Position numbers and translations under genes: made by a program
NCBI GenBank assembly: GCA_050618055.1
Contig: JBNLVK010000291.1
Span: 12,655-76,654, forward strand
Reading direction: 5' to 3'
Origin: Myxococcota bacterium
Lineage (GTDB): Bacteria > Myxococcota_A > UBA9160 > SMWR01
Length of the DNA stretch: 64,000 bases
Notes under the pieces: model-generated
Seen by the model: only the letters and a program-made list of their open reading frames with translations
What the model was told of the DNA's origin: nothing
Database searches by the model: none
Shown here: piece after piece, positions 32,159 to 42,347 of the stretch
Layout of the letters: every line of letters starts with the position of its first letter
Position numbering within the stretch: position 1 is the first letter of the stretch

Positions 32159-33358
32159 TCAGTACCCGTAGCGGCGCTGGAGCGCCCGGTTGCGCCGGGC
32201 GATGGCTTCGCTGCGCTCCGCGGGCGTGGTGCGCAGCGCGTCCGGCGGCAGGCGGTCGGGCAGCTCGGCGAGGGGCAGGCGCGTCAGCACCGGACGCGGC
32301 GTCTCGTCGGCGAACAGGAAGCGCACCGCCAGCGTGCCCGTGCCGTGACCCTCCACGTCGATCCAGTTGGGCACGCCCGGGTCGCGGTGGGCCAGCACGC
32401 CGCGGAACACGCCGTCCGGGTCGAGGCGCGCCTGGCTGCCGTTGAGCGACGTCTGGCGCTGGCCGAACTCGAGCGACTCGAACCAGAAGCTGCACAGCGC
32501 CACGCTCCACATGCGGCAGAGCGGCGGCGTGAACTCGACCAGCACGGCCTCGTCGGGCGCGCACGCGAAGGGTCCCATGCCGTAGGACTGGCCGTGCAGC
32601 CCCGGGCGGTCGACGGCGTCGGAGACGTCGAAGACCAGCAGCGTGTTCTTCTCGAGCGACAGCAGCAGGCGGCTCATCCGGTCCCAGCTGGCCAGGCCGC
32701 GGTCGAGCCAGGTGTGGAGCGTGGCCAGGTGTCGCTCGAAGCGCTCCGGCGTGAGGGCGGGGCGCGGCCAGGTCGCACCCACCCGCTCGATCGAGAACGA
32801 GGCGGGACGTTCGCGCTCCCAGTCGTCGAAGTACTGGCGCACCAGCACGTGGCTCGCCTCGGCGTCGAGGGCCAGCCAGTTGCGCTCGCGGCGCGGCCCG
32901 CCCAGGTGGACCTCGAAACGCCCGTCGGCGTCGCACACCAGGTCGTCGCCGGAGAGGAACGAGACGGTGCGCCAGGCCGCGTCGCCGCCGCCGAAGGCCG
33001 GGATGTTGCCGTCGCCCATGTGGCCGGTGTTGACCTGGAGCTCCAGGTGGCAGGCCGAGCCGCGTTCTCCCTGCACCACGTACTCGGCGTCGCCGCGGAT
33101 GCGCGCCCAGGAGTAGTTGCAGTCCGGGTTGTCGAGACCCCAGCTCATGCCGTTCTCGATCATGCGGCCGAAGACGGGGTAGTCCGGGTCGTCGCACTCC
33201 AGGCACACGCGCAGTCCGGCGGCCAGGAAGCGGGCGAGGTAGCGCAGGCCGTCGGCGCGGGCGTCGGCGCCGGCGGGCACGCCCTCGGCCTCGAGGAGCG
33301 CGCCCATCGCCTCGATCCTGTGGGCCAGGTCGCGCCAGCGCGGGTCGACCACCGTCAT
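32159..33358 (-). CDS. DUF1214-family protein
   Basis: WGLDNPDCNY, DGRFE, VRQYFDDW, W.ESL....QTSLN, DPGVPNW.D..GH..G. Confidence 0.75.
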   Translation of the reverse strand: MTVVDPRWRDLAHRIEAMGALLEAEGVPAGADARADGLRYLARFLAAGLRVCLECDDPDYPVFGRMIENGMSWGLDNPDCNYSWARIRGDAEYVVQGERGSACHLELQVNTGHMGDGNIPAFGGGDAAWRTVSFLSGDDLVCDADGRFEVHLGGPRRERNWLALDAEASHVLVRQYFDDWERERPASFSIERVGATWPRPALTPERFERHLATLHTWLDRGLASWDRMSRLLLSLEKNTLLVFDVSDAVDRPGLHGQSYGMGPFACAPDEAVLVEFTPPLCRMWSVALCSFWFESLEFGQRQTSLNGSQARLDPDGVFRGVLAHRDPGVPNWIDVEGHGTGTLAVRFLFADETPRPVLTRLPLAELPDRLPPDALRTTPAERSEAIARRNRALQRRYGY

Positions 33359-33398
33359 GGCGGCGCATGTTACCCGCCGGTACCGTGATCCGGCACGC

Positions 33399-35612
33399 AT
33401 GCACGGTGAAGCCTCGGCGGATCTCGTCCTGGTGGGCGGCGGACACGCCCACGTCCAGGTGGTGCGCCGCTTCATGATGGCGCCGCTCTCGGAGGTGCGG
33501 CTCACCCTCGTGCTCGACCGGCCGGACGCGGTCTACTCGGGCATGGTGCCGGGGCTGGTCGCCGGCGACTACGCGCCCCACGAGCTCGAGATCGACGCGG
33601 TGCCGCTGGCGCGCCGGGCCGGCGCGCGGGTGATCCTGTCGAAGGCGCTGGGCGTCGACCCGGTGGCGCGCCGCATCCGCCTGGAGGGCCGACCGGACGT
33701 CGCCTACGACGTGGCGAGCCTCGACGTGGGCTCCACGGTGCGCGGCCTCGACCTGCCCGGCGTCGCCGAGCACGCGCTGGCGACGCGGCCGATCCGCCAG
33801 TTCGTCGACACGCTCGTCGCGCGGCTCGAGGGGCTGCGCGGGATCGCGGAGCCGCGCATCGCGGTGGTGGGCGCCGGGGCCGCCGGCAGCGAGCTGGCCT
33901 TCACGCTCCAGGCGCGCGCGCGCTCCATGGGCCTGGCGCCGCGCATCGTGGTGGTGGGAAGCGATCCGCGGCTGCTGGCCGGACTGGCGCCGCGGGTCGG
34001 GGCGCGGCTGGAGCGCGAGGCGCGACGCCGCGGCATCGAGCTGCGGCTGGCCTCCACCGTGCGCGCGGTCTCGAAGCGGGGCGTGCTGCTGGAGGACGGC
34101 GAGGAGGACGCCCACCTGGTGGTGTGGGCGACCGGCGCCGCGCCGGTGGCATTGCCCGCCACCGAGGCGCTGCCCACCGACGAGCGCGGCTTCGTGTCGG
34201 TGCGGCCGACGCTCCAGGTGGAGGGCCACGACGACCTGTTCGCCGTGGGCGACTGCGCGTCGCTCGCCTGGGCGCCCTGGGTGGGGAAGGCCGGCGTCTA
34301 CGCCGTGCGCGAGGGTCCGGTGCTCGACGCGAACCTGCGCGCCCGCCTGCGCGGAAGGCCCCTGCGAAGCTACCGGCCCCAGCGCGACTTCCTGACCCTG
34401 CTGAACCTGGGCGGCGGCGAGGCGCTGGGCACGAAGTGGGGCTTCTCCGCCTGCGGTGCGTGGGTCCACCGGCTGAAGGACCGCATCGACCGCGCCTTCA
34501 TGCGGCGCTTCCAGGTGCTCGACGCCGACGGCGCGCTGGCGCCCGACTTCCCCACGCCCCAGGCCATGGGCATGGAGGAGATGGCCTGCGGCGGCTGTGC
34601 GGCGAAGGTGGGGCAGAGTCCGCTGGGACGGGCGCTCGCGCGGCTGCCCGAGGCGCCGCCGGATGCGTCGGTGGTGTCGGGGCTGGACCTTCCCGACGAC
34701 GCGGCGGCGCTGGCCCTGCCCGGCGGCGACGTGGTGCTCGCCACCATCGACGCCTTCCGCGCCTTCACCGACGATCCCTGGCTGGTGGGCCGGGCGGCGG
34801 CGGTGAACGCGGTGTCGGACGTGCTGGCGAAGGGCGGCACCGCCCGCCACGCGCTGGCCCTGGTGAACGTGCCCGAGAGCGACGCCGGGCGCGCCGAGGA
34901 GACGCTCTTCCAGGTGCTGTCCGGCGTGCGCGCGGCGCTCGATCCGCTGGGCGTGACGCTGGTGGGCGGTCACACGACCCAGGGCGAGGACCTGTTCGTG
35001 GGGCTCTCGGTGATGGGAACGCCGGACGGCGAAGGCGTGCTGCCGCTGGCCGGTGCGCGTCCCGGCGACGCGCTGCTGCTCAGCAAGCCGCTCGGCAGCG
35101 GCGTGCTGCTGGCCGCCGACATGCAGGGCACCGCGCCGGGTCGCGACGTGGCGGCGCTCCACGCCGAGCTGCTGCGCAGCAACGCGACCGCGGCCCGCGT
35201 GGCGCGCGAGCAGCGGGCGACCGCCTGCACCGACGTCTCCGGCTTCGGCCTGGCCGGCCACCTGTCGGAGCTGCTGCGCGCCGGCGGCGTGGCGGCGGAG
35301 CTCTCGCTCGCGGCGATCCCCGCCTACGCGGGCGTCGTGCCGCTGCTCGAGCGCGGCGTGCGCAGCACCTACCACGAGCAGAACGCCGCGGGCCGGCGCG
35401 GCATCGGGGTGGCGCGCGAGCTGGCCGGCGATCCGCGCCTCGAGCTGCTCTTCGACCCCCAGACCTGCGGCGGGCTGCTGATGACGGTGGACGCGGCGCG
35501 GGTCGAGGCCGCCGTCGACGCGCTGCGCGCCGGCGGCGACGTCGCCGCGGAACGGATCGGCCGGGTGACGCCGGCGCGCGCCGACGGTGCGCTCCTCCAG
35601 GTCGGCGCCTGA
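33399..35612 (+). CDS. selD: Selenide, water dikinase SelD fused to N-terminal pyridine nucleotide-disulfide oxidoreductase-like domain
   Basis: LVGGGHAH, YSGMVPG, FAVGDCA, KAGVYAVR; then CGGCAAKV, DDAA, GGHT, TDVSGFGLAGH, DPQT.GGLL. Confidence 0.9.
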   Translation: MHGEASADLVLVGGGHAHVQVVRRFMMAPLSEVRLTLVLDRPDAVYSGMVPGLVAGDYAPHELEIDAVPLARRAGARVILSKALGVDPVARRIRLEGRPDVAYDVASLDVGSTVRGLDLPGVAEHALATRPIRQFVDTLVARLEGLRGIAEPRIAVVGAGAAGSELAFTLQARARSMGLAPRIVVVGSDPRLLAGLAPRVGARLEREARRRGIELRLASTVRAVSKRGVLLEDGEEDAHLVVWATGAAPVALPATEALPTDERGFVSVRPTLQVEGHDDLFAVGDCASLAWAPWVGKAGVYAVREGPVLDANLRARLRGRPLRSYRPQRDFLTLLNLGGGEALGTKWGFSACGAWVHRLKDRIDRAFMRRFQVLDADGALAPDFPTPQAMGMEEMACGGCAAKVGQSPLGRALARLPEAPPDASVVSGLDLPDDAAALALPGGDVVLATIDAFRAFTDDPWLVGRAAAVNAVSDVLAKGGTARHALALVNVPESDAGRAEETLFQVLSGVRAALDPLGVTLVGGHTTQGEDLFVGLSVMGTPDGEGVLPLAGARPGDALLLSKPLGSGVLLAADMQGTAPGRDVAALHAELLRSNATAARVAREQRATACTDVSGFGLAGHLSELLRAGGVAAELSLAAIPAYAGVVPLLERGVRSTYHEQNAAGRRGIGVARELAGDPRLELLFDPQTCGGLLMTVDAARVEAAVDALRAGGDVAAERIGRVTPARADGALLQVGA

Positions 35613-35650
35613 GCCGGCGGGAGCGGGCGCGGCGCCCTGGAGGCGTGCGC

Positions 35651-35679
35651 TTGACAACCCCGCGGGTTGTGAATACACA
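35651..35679 (+). promoter_or_regulatory. Candidate ino1 promoter with inverted repeat
   Basis: TTGACA-N17-TACACA; TTGACAACCC-CGC-GGGTTGTGAA 9/10 inverted repeat. Confidence 0.5.
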
Positions 35680-35780
35680 AGCCCCCGGCTTCCGTGGCTC
35701 CTGGTGTTGGGGGTCTGCTGGGTTTCGCCCACGCATGCGGCTGGCGCTTCGAGGGGCGTACGAACGACTAGGCGGAGACG

Positions 35781-36881
35781 TTGGCCAAGGTCAGGATTGC
35801 GATTGCGGGAGTCGGGAACTGCGCCAGCTCGCTGGTCCAGGGTCTCAGCTACTACGCCGACAAGCGCCCCGAGGACGCCATCGGCCTGATGCACTGGGAG
35901 GTCGGGGGCATCCGTCCCCACGACGTCGAGGTGGCCTGCGCCTTCGACGTCGACCTGCGCAAGGTCGGCAAGGACGTCGCCGAGGCGATCTTCGAGAAGC
36001 CCAACTGCACGGCCGTCTTCTGCGAGCGGGTCCCGAAGACCGGCGTGCGCGTGCGCATGGGCCGGGTGCTCGACGGCATCTCGGAGCACATGGCCGACCA
36101 CCCGGACGACCGCCGCTTCATCGCGTCGGACCAGGCCGAGGCCACCCGCGAGGAGGTGATCGCCGCGCTGCGCGACTCGCGCAGCGACGTACTGGTGAAC
36201 TACCTGCCGGTGGGCTCCGAGCGGGCGGCGCGCTTCTACGCCGAGTGCGCCCTCGAGGCGGGCGTCGCGGTGGTGAACTGCATTCCCGTGTTCATCGCCA
36301 GCGACCCGGAGCTGGGCGAGCGCTTCCGCGCCGCCGGCGTGCCGATCATCGGCGACGACATCAAGGCCCAGCTCGGCGCGACCATCACCCACCGCATGCT
36401 CACCGACCTGTTCGCCAAGCGCGGCGTGCGCCTCGAGCGCACGTACCAGCTGAACACCGGCGGCAACACCGACTTCCTGAACATGCTGAACCAGTCGCGG
36501 CTGGCGTCGAAGAAGGAGTCGAAGACCGAGGCGGTGCAGTCGGTGGCGGCCGAGCGGCTGGGCGACGAGAACATCCACGTGGGTCCGTCGGACTACGTGG
36601 CCTGGCAGAACGACAACAAGGTCTGCTTCCTGCGCATGGAAGGGAAGCTCTTCGGCGACGTTCCCATGAACATCGAGCTGCGGCTGTCGGTGGAGGACTC
36701 GCCCAACTCGGCCGGCGTGTCCATCGACGCCATCCGCTGCGCGAAGCTGGCCAGGGACCGCGGCCTGGGCGGCCCCATCGAGGGTCCCAGCGCCTACTTC
36801 ATGAAGCACCCGCCCACCCAGTTCAGCGACGACGACGCGCACCGCCTGGTCGAGCGCTTCATCGCGGGCGAAGACTCCTAG
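35781..36881 (+). CDS. ino1: Inositol-3-phosphate synthase
   Basis: [62 protein letters not shown] start with GGAG RBS. Confidence 0.95.
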   Translation: MAKVRIAIAGVGNCASSLVQGLSYYADKRPEDAIGLMHWEVGGIRPHDVEVACAFDVDLRKVGKDVAEAIFEKPNCTAVFCERVPKTGVRVRMGRVLDGISEHMADHPDDRRFIASDQAEATREEVIAALRDSRSDVLVNYLPVGSERAARFYAECALEAGVAVVNCIPVFIASDPELGERFRAAGVPIIGDDIKAQLGATITHRMLTDLFAKRGVRLERTYQLNTGGNTDFLNMLNQSRLASKKESKTEAVQSVAAERLGDENIHVGPSDYVAWQNDNKVCFLRMEGKLFGDVPMNIELRLSVEDSPNSAGVSIDAIRCAKLARDRGLGGPIEGPSAYFMKHPPTQFSDDDAHRLVERFIAGEDS

Positions 36882-37894
36882 CCTTCGGCCAGCTTCCCCG
36901 CCTGCTCGGCGCTGAGGTGGCCGGCGCGGTGCATCCAGCGGACCGTGTCCTCGTAGGTCTGCCGGGGATCGCGGAAGGTGGGCGCGAGGGCCGCCAGCGC
37001 CGGCGACATCTCCGCGCCGGGCCAGCCGCTGGCGAAGGCCATCGACTCGTGGGTCAGCGGGTAGTCGAAGTCCCAGACGTTCTTGACCGCGTCGCCCAGG
37101 CGTCCGGCCAGGCGCAGCAGCGCGCCGGGAACGCGCACCCGGTTCACGCGGCGGCCGGTCACCCGGTCCATCATGGCGATCGTGTCGGGCCAGGACAGGA
37201 AGTGGCCAGGGATCAGGTAGCGGCCGGGCGGCGTGTCCGGATCGACCAGACGGGCGTGGATCTCGGCCAGGTCGCGCACGTCGAGGATGCAGAAGCCGCT
37301 CGAGGTGTCGACCATGCTGACGTTCAGGAAGGAGTAGACGGCGTAGTTGGCGCCGGACATGCCCGGGTCGTCCGGGCCGACCACGCCGGGCGGGTAGCTG
37401 ATGCGCAGCGGCGCGCCCCGGGCGAGCAGGTCCTGGGCGTAGCGCTCCGCGTCGGCCTTGCTGGCCGCGTAGGCGCTGCCCGCGTCGCCGATGGGCGAGT
37501 CGACGGTGATCGGATCGCCGCCGGGCCGGCCCAGGGCCGACAGGCTCGACACGTAGACGATCGACCCCAGCCCGCGCTCGTGGGCGCCGCCCACCACCAG
37601 CTCCACGGCGCGCTGGTTGGTGTCGAGCACCTTCCGCGCCTCGCTCTTCTTCAGGGCGACCAGCGCCGCCGCGTGGACCACGCCCTCGCAGCCGTCCAGC
37701 GCCTTCGACACCACCGAGGGGTCGGTGACGTCGCCCAGCACCACGTCCTCCATCGTCAGGCCGCGCGGACCGAAGACGCGGCGGACCTTGTCGGCGTCGC
37801 GCGCCAGCAGCCGTACCTGGTGGCCGGCGCGCACCAGCGCCTCCACCGTGTGGCTGCCGATGAAGCCGGTTCCGCCCGTGACGAGGACTCTCAT
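36878..37894 (-). CDS. NAD-dependent epimerase/dehydratase family protein
   Basis: [23 protein letters not shown]. Confidence 0.88.
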   Translation of the reverse strand: MRVLVTGGTGFIGSHTVEALVRAGHQVRLLARDADKVRRVFGPRGLTMEDVVLGDVTDPSVVSKALDGCEGVVHAAALVALKKSEARKVLDTNQRAVELVVGGAHERGLGSIVYVSSLSALGRPGGDPITVDSPIGDAGSAYAASKADAERYAQDLLARGAPLRISYPPGVVGPDDPGMSGANYAVYSFLNVSMVDTSSGFCILDVRDLAEIHARLVDPDTPPGRYLIPGHFLSWPDTIAMMDRVTGRRVNRVRVPGALLRLAGRLGDAVKNVWDFDYPLTHESMAFASGWPGAEMSPALAALAPTFRDPRQTYEDTVRWMHRAGHLSAEQAGKLAEG

Positions 37895-37968
37895 GAGGGG
37901 GGCATTCTACACACCGTCCCCGGGTCGATTCCGGCTCGGGGCCGGCTCCCGCGGTGTACCCTGATTGC

Positions 37969-38829
37969 ATGGGAAACCTTAGTTGGAAGATCGGGGATGT
38001 CACGGTCACCCGGGTGGTCGAGAGCGAGACGGCGCTGCCGCCCGAGGGCCTGCTGCCGGAGGCGAGCGCCGAGGCGCTGGCGCCCCACCTGGCCTGGCTG
38101 CGCCCCGGCTTCGTCGACGACGACGGCAACTTCGTGCTCTCGATCCACGCGCTGGTGATCCAGGCCGGCGAGCGCCGCATCCTGGTCGACACCTGCGTCG
38201 GCGAGCACGCCATCCCCGGCTTCGAGATGCTGGCGCCGAACGCGCGCTTCCTCGACGAGCTGGCGGCCGCCGGCTTCCCGCGCGAGTCGATCGACACGGT
38301 GCTCTGCACCCACCTCCACTTCGACCACGTGGGCTGGAACACCATGCGCGACGGCGACCGCTGGGTCCCGACCTTCCCCAACGCCCGCTACCTGTTCGCC
38401 CGCGTCGAGTACGAGCACTGGGACGCCGAGGACGACCCCACCTTCGCGCCCACCTTCGAGGCGGCGGTGAAGCCGGTGGTCGACGCGGGGCTGGCCGAGC
38501 TGGTGGAGACCGACCACCGGGTGTGCGACGAGGTCTGGCTCGAGCCGTCGCCCGGACACACGCCGGGCCACGTCTGCGTGCACGTCGCATCCGGCGGCCA
38601 GCGCGCCTTCATCACCGGCGACATGACCCACCACCCGGTGCAGTGGGCCGAGACCGACTGGAAGATGCCGGCCGACAGCGATTCGGCCCGGGCCGCCGCC
38701 ACCCGGCGGCGCCTGATCGAGGAACACGCCGACCGGGACATGCTCGTGATCGGCACCCACTACGCGGCGCCCACGGCCGGCCACCTCGTCCGCGGGGAGT
38801 CCGGCACCTGGTTCCGCGCCAAGCGATAG
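37969..38829 (+). CDS. MBL fold metallo-hydrolase
   Basis: THLHFDHVG, PGHTPGH, TGD..HHP. Confidence 0.9.
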   Translation: MGNLSWKIGDVTVTRVVESETALPPEGLLPEASAEALAPHLAWLRPGFVDDDGNFVLSIHALVIQAGERRILVDTCVGEHAIPGFEMLAPNARFLDELAAAGFPRESIDTVLCTHLHFDHVGWNTMRDGDRWVPTFPNARYLFARVEYEHWDAEDDPTFAPTFEAAVKPVVDAGLAELVETDHRVCDEVWLEPSPGHTPGHVCVHVASGGQRAFITGDMTHHPVQWAETDWKMPADSDSARAAATRRRLIEEHADRDMLVIGTHYAAPTAGHLVRGESGTWFRAKR

Positions 38830-38837
38830 GAGAGACC

Positions 38838-39224
38838 ATGCCCGCGTTCATGAGAGGGTTCGAGAGCCAGACCTACGCGCTGCTGCGCATCGTGACCGGC
38901 CTGCTGTTCCTGTGGCACGGCTCGTCGAAGCTGCTGGGCTTCCCGGTGCCCGCTCCGGAGGCGCCGGCCTTCGTCATCTACGTGGCCGGCAGCATCGAGC
39001 TGGTCGGGGGCGTGCTGGTGATGATCGGCCTGCTGACCCGCTGGGCCGCCTTCCTGTGCGGCGGCCTGATGGCCGCGGCGTACTGGATGGCCCACGGCCT
39101 GAACGCGCTCTTCCCGATCCAGAACCAGGGCGAGCTGGCCGCGCTCTACTGCTTCGTGTTCCTGTGCATCGCGGCCAAGGGCCCGGGCATCTGGAGCGTG
39201 GACGGGGCGCGCGGGGGCGACTGA
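38838..39224 (+). CDS. DoxX family membrane protein
   Basis: LLRIVTG..F..HG..KL, IELVGG, GLLTR, N.GELA, GPG.WSVD. Confidence 0.88.
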   Translation: MPAFMRGFESQTYALLRIVTGLLFLWHGSSKLLGFPVPAPEAPAFVIYVAGSIELVGGVLVMIGLLTRWAAFLCGGLMAAAYWMAHGLNALFPIQNQGELAALYCFVFLCIAAKGPGIWSVDGARGGD

Positions 39225-39264
39225 GCCGGACCGGCCCTACACTCCGCGCTCGCGAGGAGAACCT

Positions 39265-40947
39265 GTGGGCGCCGAGGACCGACCTTCCGACTTCATCCGC
39301 CAGATCGTGGCGGAGGACGTTGCGCGCGGGAAGAACGACGGGCGCGTGGTGACGCGCTTTCCTCCCGAGCCGAACGGACACCTGCACATCGGCCACGTGA
39401 AGGCGATCGCGCTGGACTTCGGCGTGGCGCGCGAGTTCGACGGCACCTGCCACCTGCGCTTCGACGACACCAACCCGGCCGCCGAAGAGGCCGACTACGT
39501 CGACGCCATCAAGCAGGACCTGCACTGGCTGGGCTTCGACTGGGGCGAGCACGAGTACTTCGCCTCCGACTACTTCGACCAGCTCTACCGCTTCGCCGTG
39601 GAGCTGATCCGCCGCGGCAAGGCCTTCGTCTGCGACCTGTCGTCCGAGGAGCTGGTCGCCCACCGCGGCAACCTGACCGAGCCCGGCCGGAACTCGCCCT
39701 ACCGCGACCGCAGCGTCGAGGAGAACCTGGACCTCTTCGAGCGCATGAAGGCGGGCGAGTTCGAGAACGGCCAGCGGACGCTGCGCGCGAAGATCGACAT
39801 GGCGTCGCCGAACCTGGTGATGCGCGACCCGATCCTCTACAGGGTGCACAAGGTCCCGCACCACCGGACCGGTGACACCTGGTGCATCTACCCGATGTAC
39901 GACTTCGCCCACTGCCTGTCCGACTCGATCGAGGGCATCACCCACTCGCTGTGCACGCTGGAGTTCGTCGACCGGCGCGCGCTCTACGACTGGATCCTCG
40001 ACACCCTCGAGGTGGACTGCCACCCGCAGCAGATCGAGTTCGCCAGGCTCCACCTCTCGCACACCGTGGTCAGCAAGCGGAAGCTGGCCCGCCTGATCGA
40101 CGAGGGCGTGGTGACCGGCTGGGACGACCCGCGGCTTCCCACCCTCTCGGGCGCGCGGCGCCGCGGCTATCCGCCCACCGCGCTGCGCCGCTTCGCCGAG
40201 AGCGTGGGCGTGGCCAAGCGCGACAACCTGATCCAGCTGGCGCGCCTGGAGGCGGCGGTCCGCGAGGAGCTGAACCGGACGGCGCCGCGCCGCATGGGCG
40301 TGCTGCGCCCGCTGAAGCTGGTGATCGAGAACTACCCGGAGGGCGAGGTCGAGACGCTCACCGCCATCAACAACCCGGAAGACGCGGCGATGGGGACGCG
40401 CGAGGTGCCGTTCTCCCGCGAGCTGTGGATCGAGCGCGACGACTTCCTGGAGGATCCGCCGCGGAAGTACAACCGGCTGGGCCCGGGACGCGAGGTGCGG
40501 CTGCGCTACGCCTACTTCGTCACCTGCACCGGCTTCGAGAAGGACGCGAACGGCGAGGTGACACTGGTGCGCTGCACCTACGATCCGGCCACCCGCGGCG
40601 GCGACGCTCCCGACGGCCGCAAGGTGAAGGGCACGATCCACTGGGTGTCGGCGGCGCGCGCCCTGGAGGCCGAGGTGCGCCTCTACGAGACGCTCTTCCG
40701 CGACGAAGATCCGTCGGACGTGCCCGAGGGCGGCGACGTGATGGACGGCCTGAACGAGCACAGCCTGGAGGTGGTGTCCGACGCCCGACTCGAGCCGGCG
40801 CTCGCCGAGGCGCGTCCCGGCGAGCCGCTCCAGCTCGAGCGGCTGGGCTACTTCTGCGCGGATCCGGACGGCACGTCCAAGCGGCCGGTGCTGAACCGCA
40901 CCGTCACGCTGCGCGACACCTGGGCGAAGATCGCGAAGCAGGGCTGA
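39265..40947 (+). CDS. glnS: Glutamine--tRNA ligase
   Basis: TRFPPEPNG.LHIGH, RFDDTNP, YPMYDFAH, VSKRKL, KVKGTIHWVS, Q.ERLGYF. Confidence 0.96.
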   Translation: MGAEDRPSDFIRQIVAEDVARGKNDGRVVTRFPPEPNGHLHIGHVKAIALDFGVAREFDGTCHLRFDDTNPAAEEADYVDAIKQDLHWLGFDWGEHEYFASDYFDQLYRFAVELIRRGKAFVCDLSSEELVAHRGNLTEPGRNSPYRDRSVEENLDLFERMKAGEFENGQRTLRAKIDMASPNLVMRDPILYRVHKVPHHRTGDTWCIYPMYDFAHCLSDSIEGITHSLCTLEFVDRRALYDWILDTLEVDCHPQQIEFARLHLSHTVVSKRKLARLIDEGVVTGWDDPRLPTLSGARRRGYPPTALRRFAESVGVAKRDNLIQLARLEAAVREELNRTAPRRMGVLRPLKLVIENYPEGEVETLTAINNPEDAAMGTREVPFSRELWIERDDFLEDPPRKYNRLGPGREVRLRYAYFVTCTGFEKDANGEVTLVRCTYDPATRGGDAPDGRKVKGTIHWVSAARALEAEVRLYETLFRDEDPSDVPEGGDVMDGLNEHSLEVVSDARLEPALAEARPGEPLQLERLGYFCADPDGTSKRPVLNRTVTLRDTWAKIAKQG

Positions 40948-40977
40948 TACACTGGGCGGCCCACCGACGGAGGCCCC

Positions 40978-41451
40978 ATGGATCCCCTGCAGGAGCTTCG
41001 CGAGATCGAGGCGATCAAGGCGCTCAAGCACCGCTACATGCGGAGCATCGACACGAAGGACTGGGACCTGATGCGCCGGTGCTTCGTGCCCGACGCCACC
41101 ACGGCCTACAGCGGCGGCAAGTACGCGTTCTCCGGCATCGAGGCGATCATGCAGTTCATGGTCGAGTCGATGGACCGGGGGAGCTTCCTGTCGAGCCACC
41201 GGGTGACCCAGCCCGAGATCGCGCTCACCAGCGAGACGTCGGCCACCGGCATCTGGGCCCTCGAGGACTACGTGGTCGACACGAAGCACGAGATCACCAT
41301 CCACGGCGCCGCCTTCTACCACGACCGCTACGTGAAGGTGGACGGCGAGTGGAAGATCCAGCACACCGGCTACGAGCGCACCTTCGAGCAGATGGGCTCG
41401 CGCAAGGGCCAGGGCTGGACGGTCACCCAACGCGCCTTCGAAGAGGAATAG
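40978..41451 (+). CDS. NTF2/SnoaL-like family protein (BaiE/LinA-like)
   Basis: EAIKALKHRY.R.ID.KDW, H....PEI, ATGIW.L.D, Y.DRY....GEWKI. Confidence 0.8.
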   Translation: MDPLQELREIEAIKALKHRYMRSIDTKDWDLMRRCFVPDATTAYSGGKYAFSGIEAIMQFMVESMDRGSFLSSHRVTQPEIALTSETSATGIWALEDYVVDTKHEITIHGAAFYHDRYVKVDGEWKIQHTGYERTFEQMGSRKGQGWTVTQRAFEEE

Positions 41452-41453
41452 CC

Positions 41454-42329
41454 ATGCCGATCGAGCATCTCGACGCGAGCGCCCCGGCCGAGAAGGTGGC
41501 CCTGCTGCTGGACCGCGACGGCGCCTGCATCGTCGACGGCCTGGTCGAGCCGGCGGTGATGGACCGCCTGGCGGCGGAGCTCCAGCCCTTCATCGAGAGG
41601 ACGAAGCAGGGCGGCGAGGAGTTCAGCGGCCGGCACACCCGCCGCACCGGCGGGCTCATCGCCCGCTCCGAGACCGCCCGCGAGCTGGTGCAGCACCCGC
41701 TGGTGCTCGACACGGCGAAGCGCGTCCTGCACAGGGCGAAGAACTTCCAGATCCACCTGACCCAGGTGATCGCCATCGGACCCGGCGAGAGCGAGCAGTC
41801 GATCCACCGCGACCAGTGGGCCTTCGACTTCTTCCCCTTTCCGAAGGGCTACGAGGTCCAGTGCAACACCATCTGGGCCATGACCGACTTCACCGAAGAG
41901 AACGGCGCGACCCGCGTCGTGCCCGGCAGCAACCACCTGGAGGACCGCCTCCAGTTCAAGCTCGAGGATTCGGAGCCGGCCGAGATGCGCAAGGGCTCGG
42001 TGCTCTTCTACACCGGCTCGGTCTACCACGGCGGCGGCGCGAACCGTTCCGACGCGGTGCGCATGGGACTCAACCTCACCTACAACGTCTCGTGGCTGCG
42101 GCAGGAGGAGAACCAGTACCTGTCGGTGCCGCCCGAGGTGGCGAAGACGCTCGACGAGCCGCTGCTGCGCCTGATGGGCTACGCCATGGGCGCCTACGCG
42201 CTGGGCTACATCGACGACACCCGCGATCCGATCGAGGCGATCCGTCCCGACCTGTCGAAGACCCGCACCGGCTTCGGCGAGCTGGGCCAGCTGGAAGACG
42301 CCCAGGCGAAGCTGCGCGAGAAGCCCTGA
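41454..42329 (+). CDS. Phytanoyl-CoA dioxygenase family protein
   Basis: Q.IHRD, DFTEENGAT..VPGS, HGGGAN, WLRQEEN. Confidence 0.9.
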   Translation: MPIEHLDASAPAEKVALLLDRDGACIVDGLVEPAVMDRLAAELQPFIERTKQGGEEFSGRHTRRTGGLIARSETARELVQHPLVLDTAKRVLHRAKNFQIHLTQVIAIGPGESEQSIHRDQWAFDFFPFPKGYEVQCNTIWAMTDFTEENGATRVVPGSNHLEDRLQFKLEDSEPAEMRKGSVLFYTGSVYHGGGANRSDAVRMGLNLTYNVSWLRQEENQYLSVPPEVAKTLDEPLLRLMGYAMGAYALGYIDDTRDPIEAIRPDLSKTRTGFGELGQLEDAQAKLREKP

Positions 42330-42347
42330 CGACCTCCCGCCCGGGGG

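Noticed and set aside
34580..34610. Selenocysteine in SelD
   Set aside because: Active-site codons are TGC/TGT (Cys); no in-frame TGA
31299..38381. 2360-aa ORF (also the 1629-, 1344-, 1248- and 1035-aa ORFs)
   Set aside because: Arg/Ala/Gly/Pro-rich shadow frames caused by stop-codon scarcity in high-GC DNA. At most their C-terminal parts are real genes (e.g. sulfotransferase, P450, AtuA).
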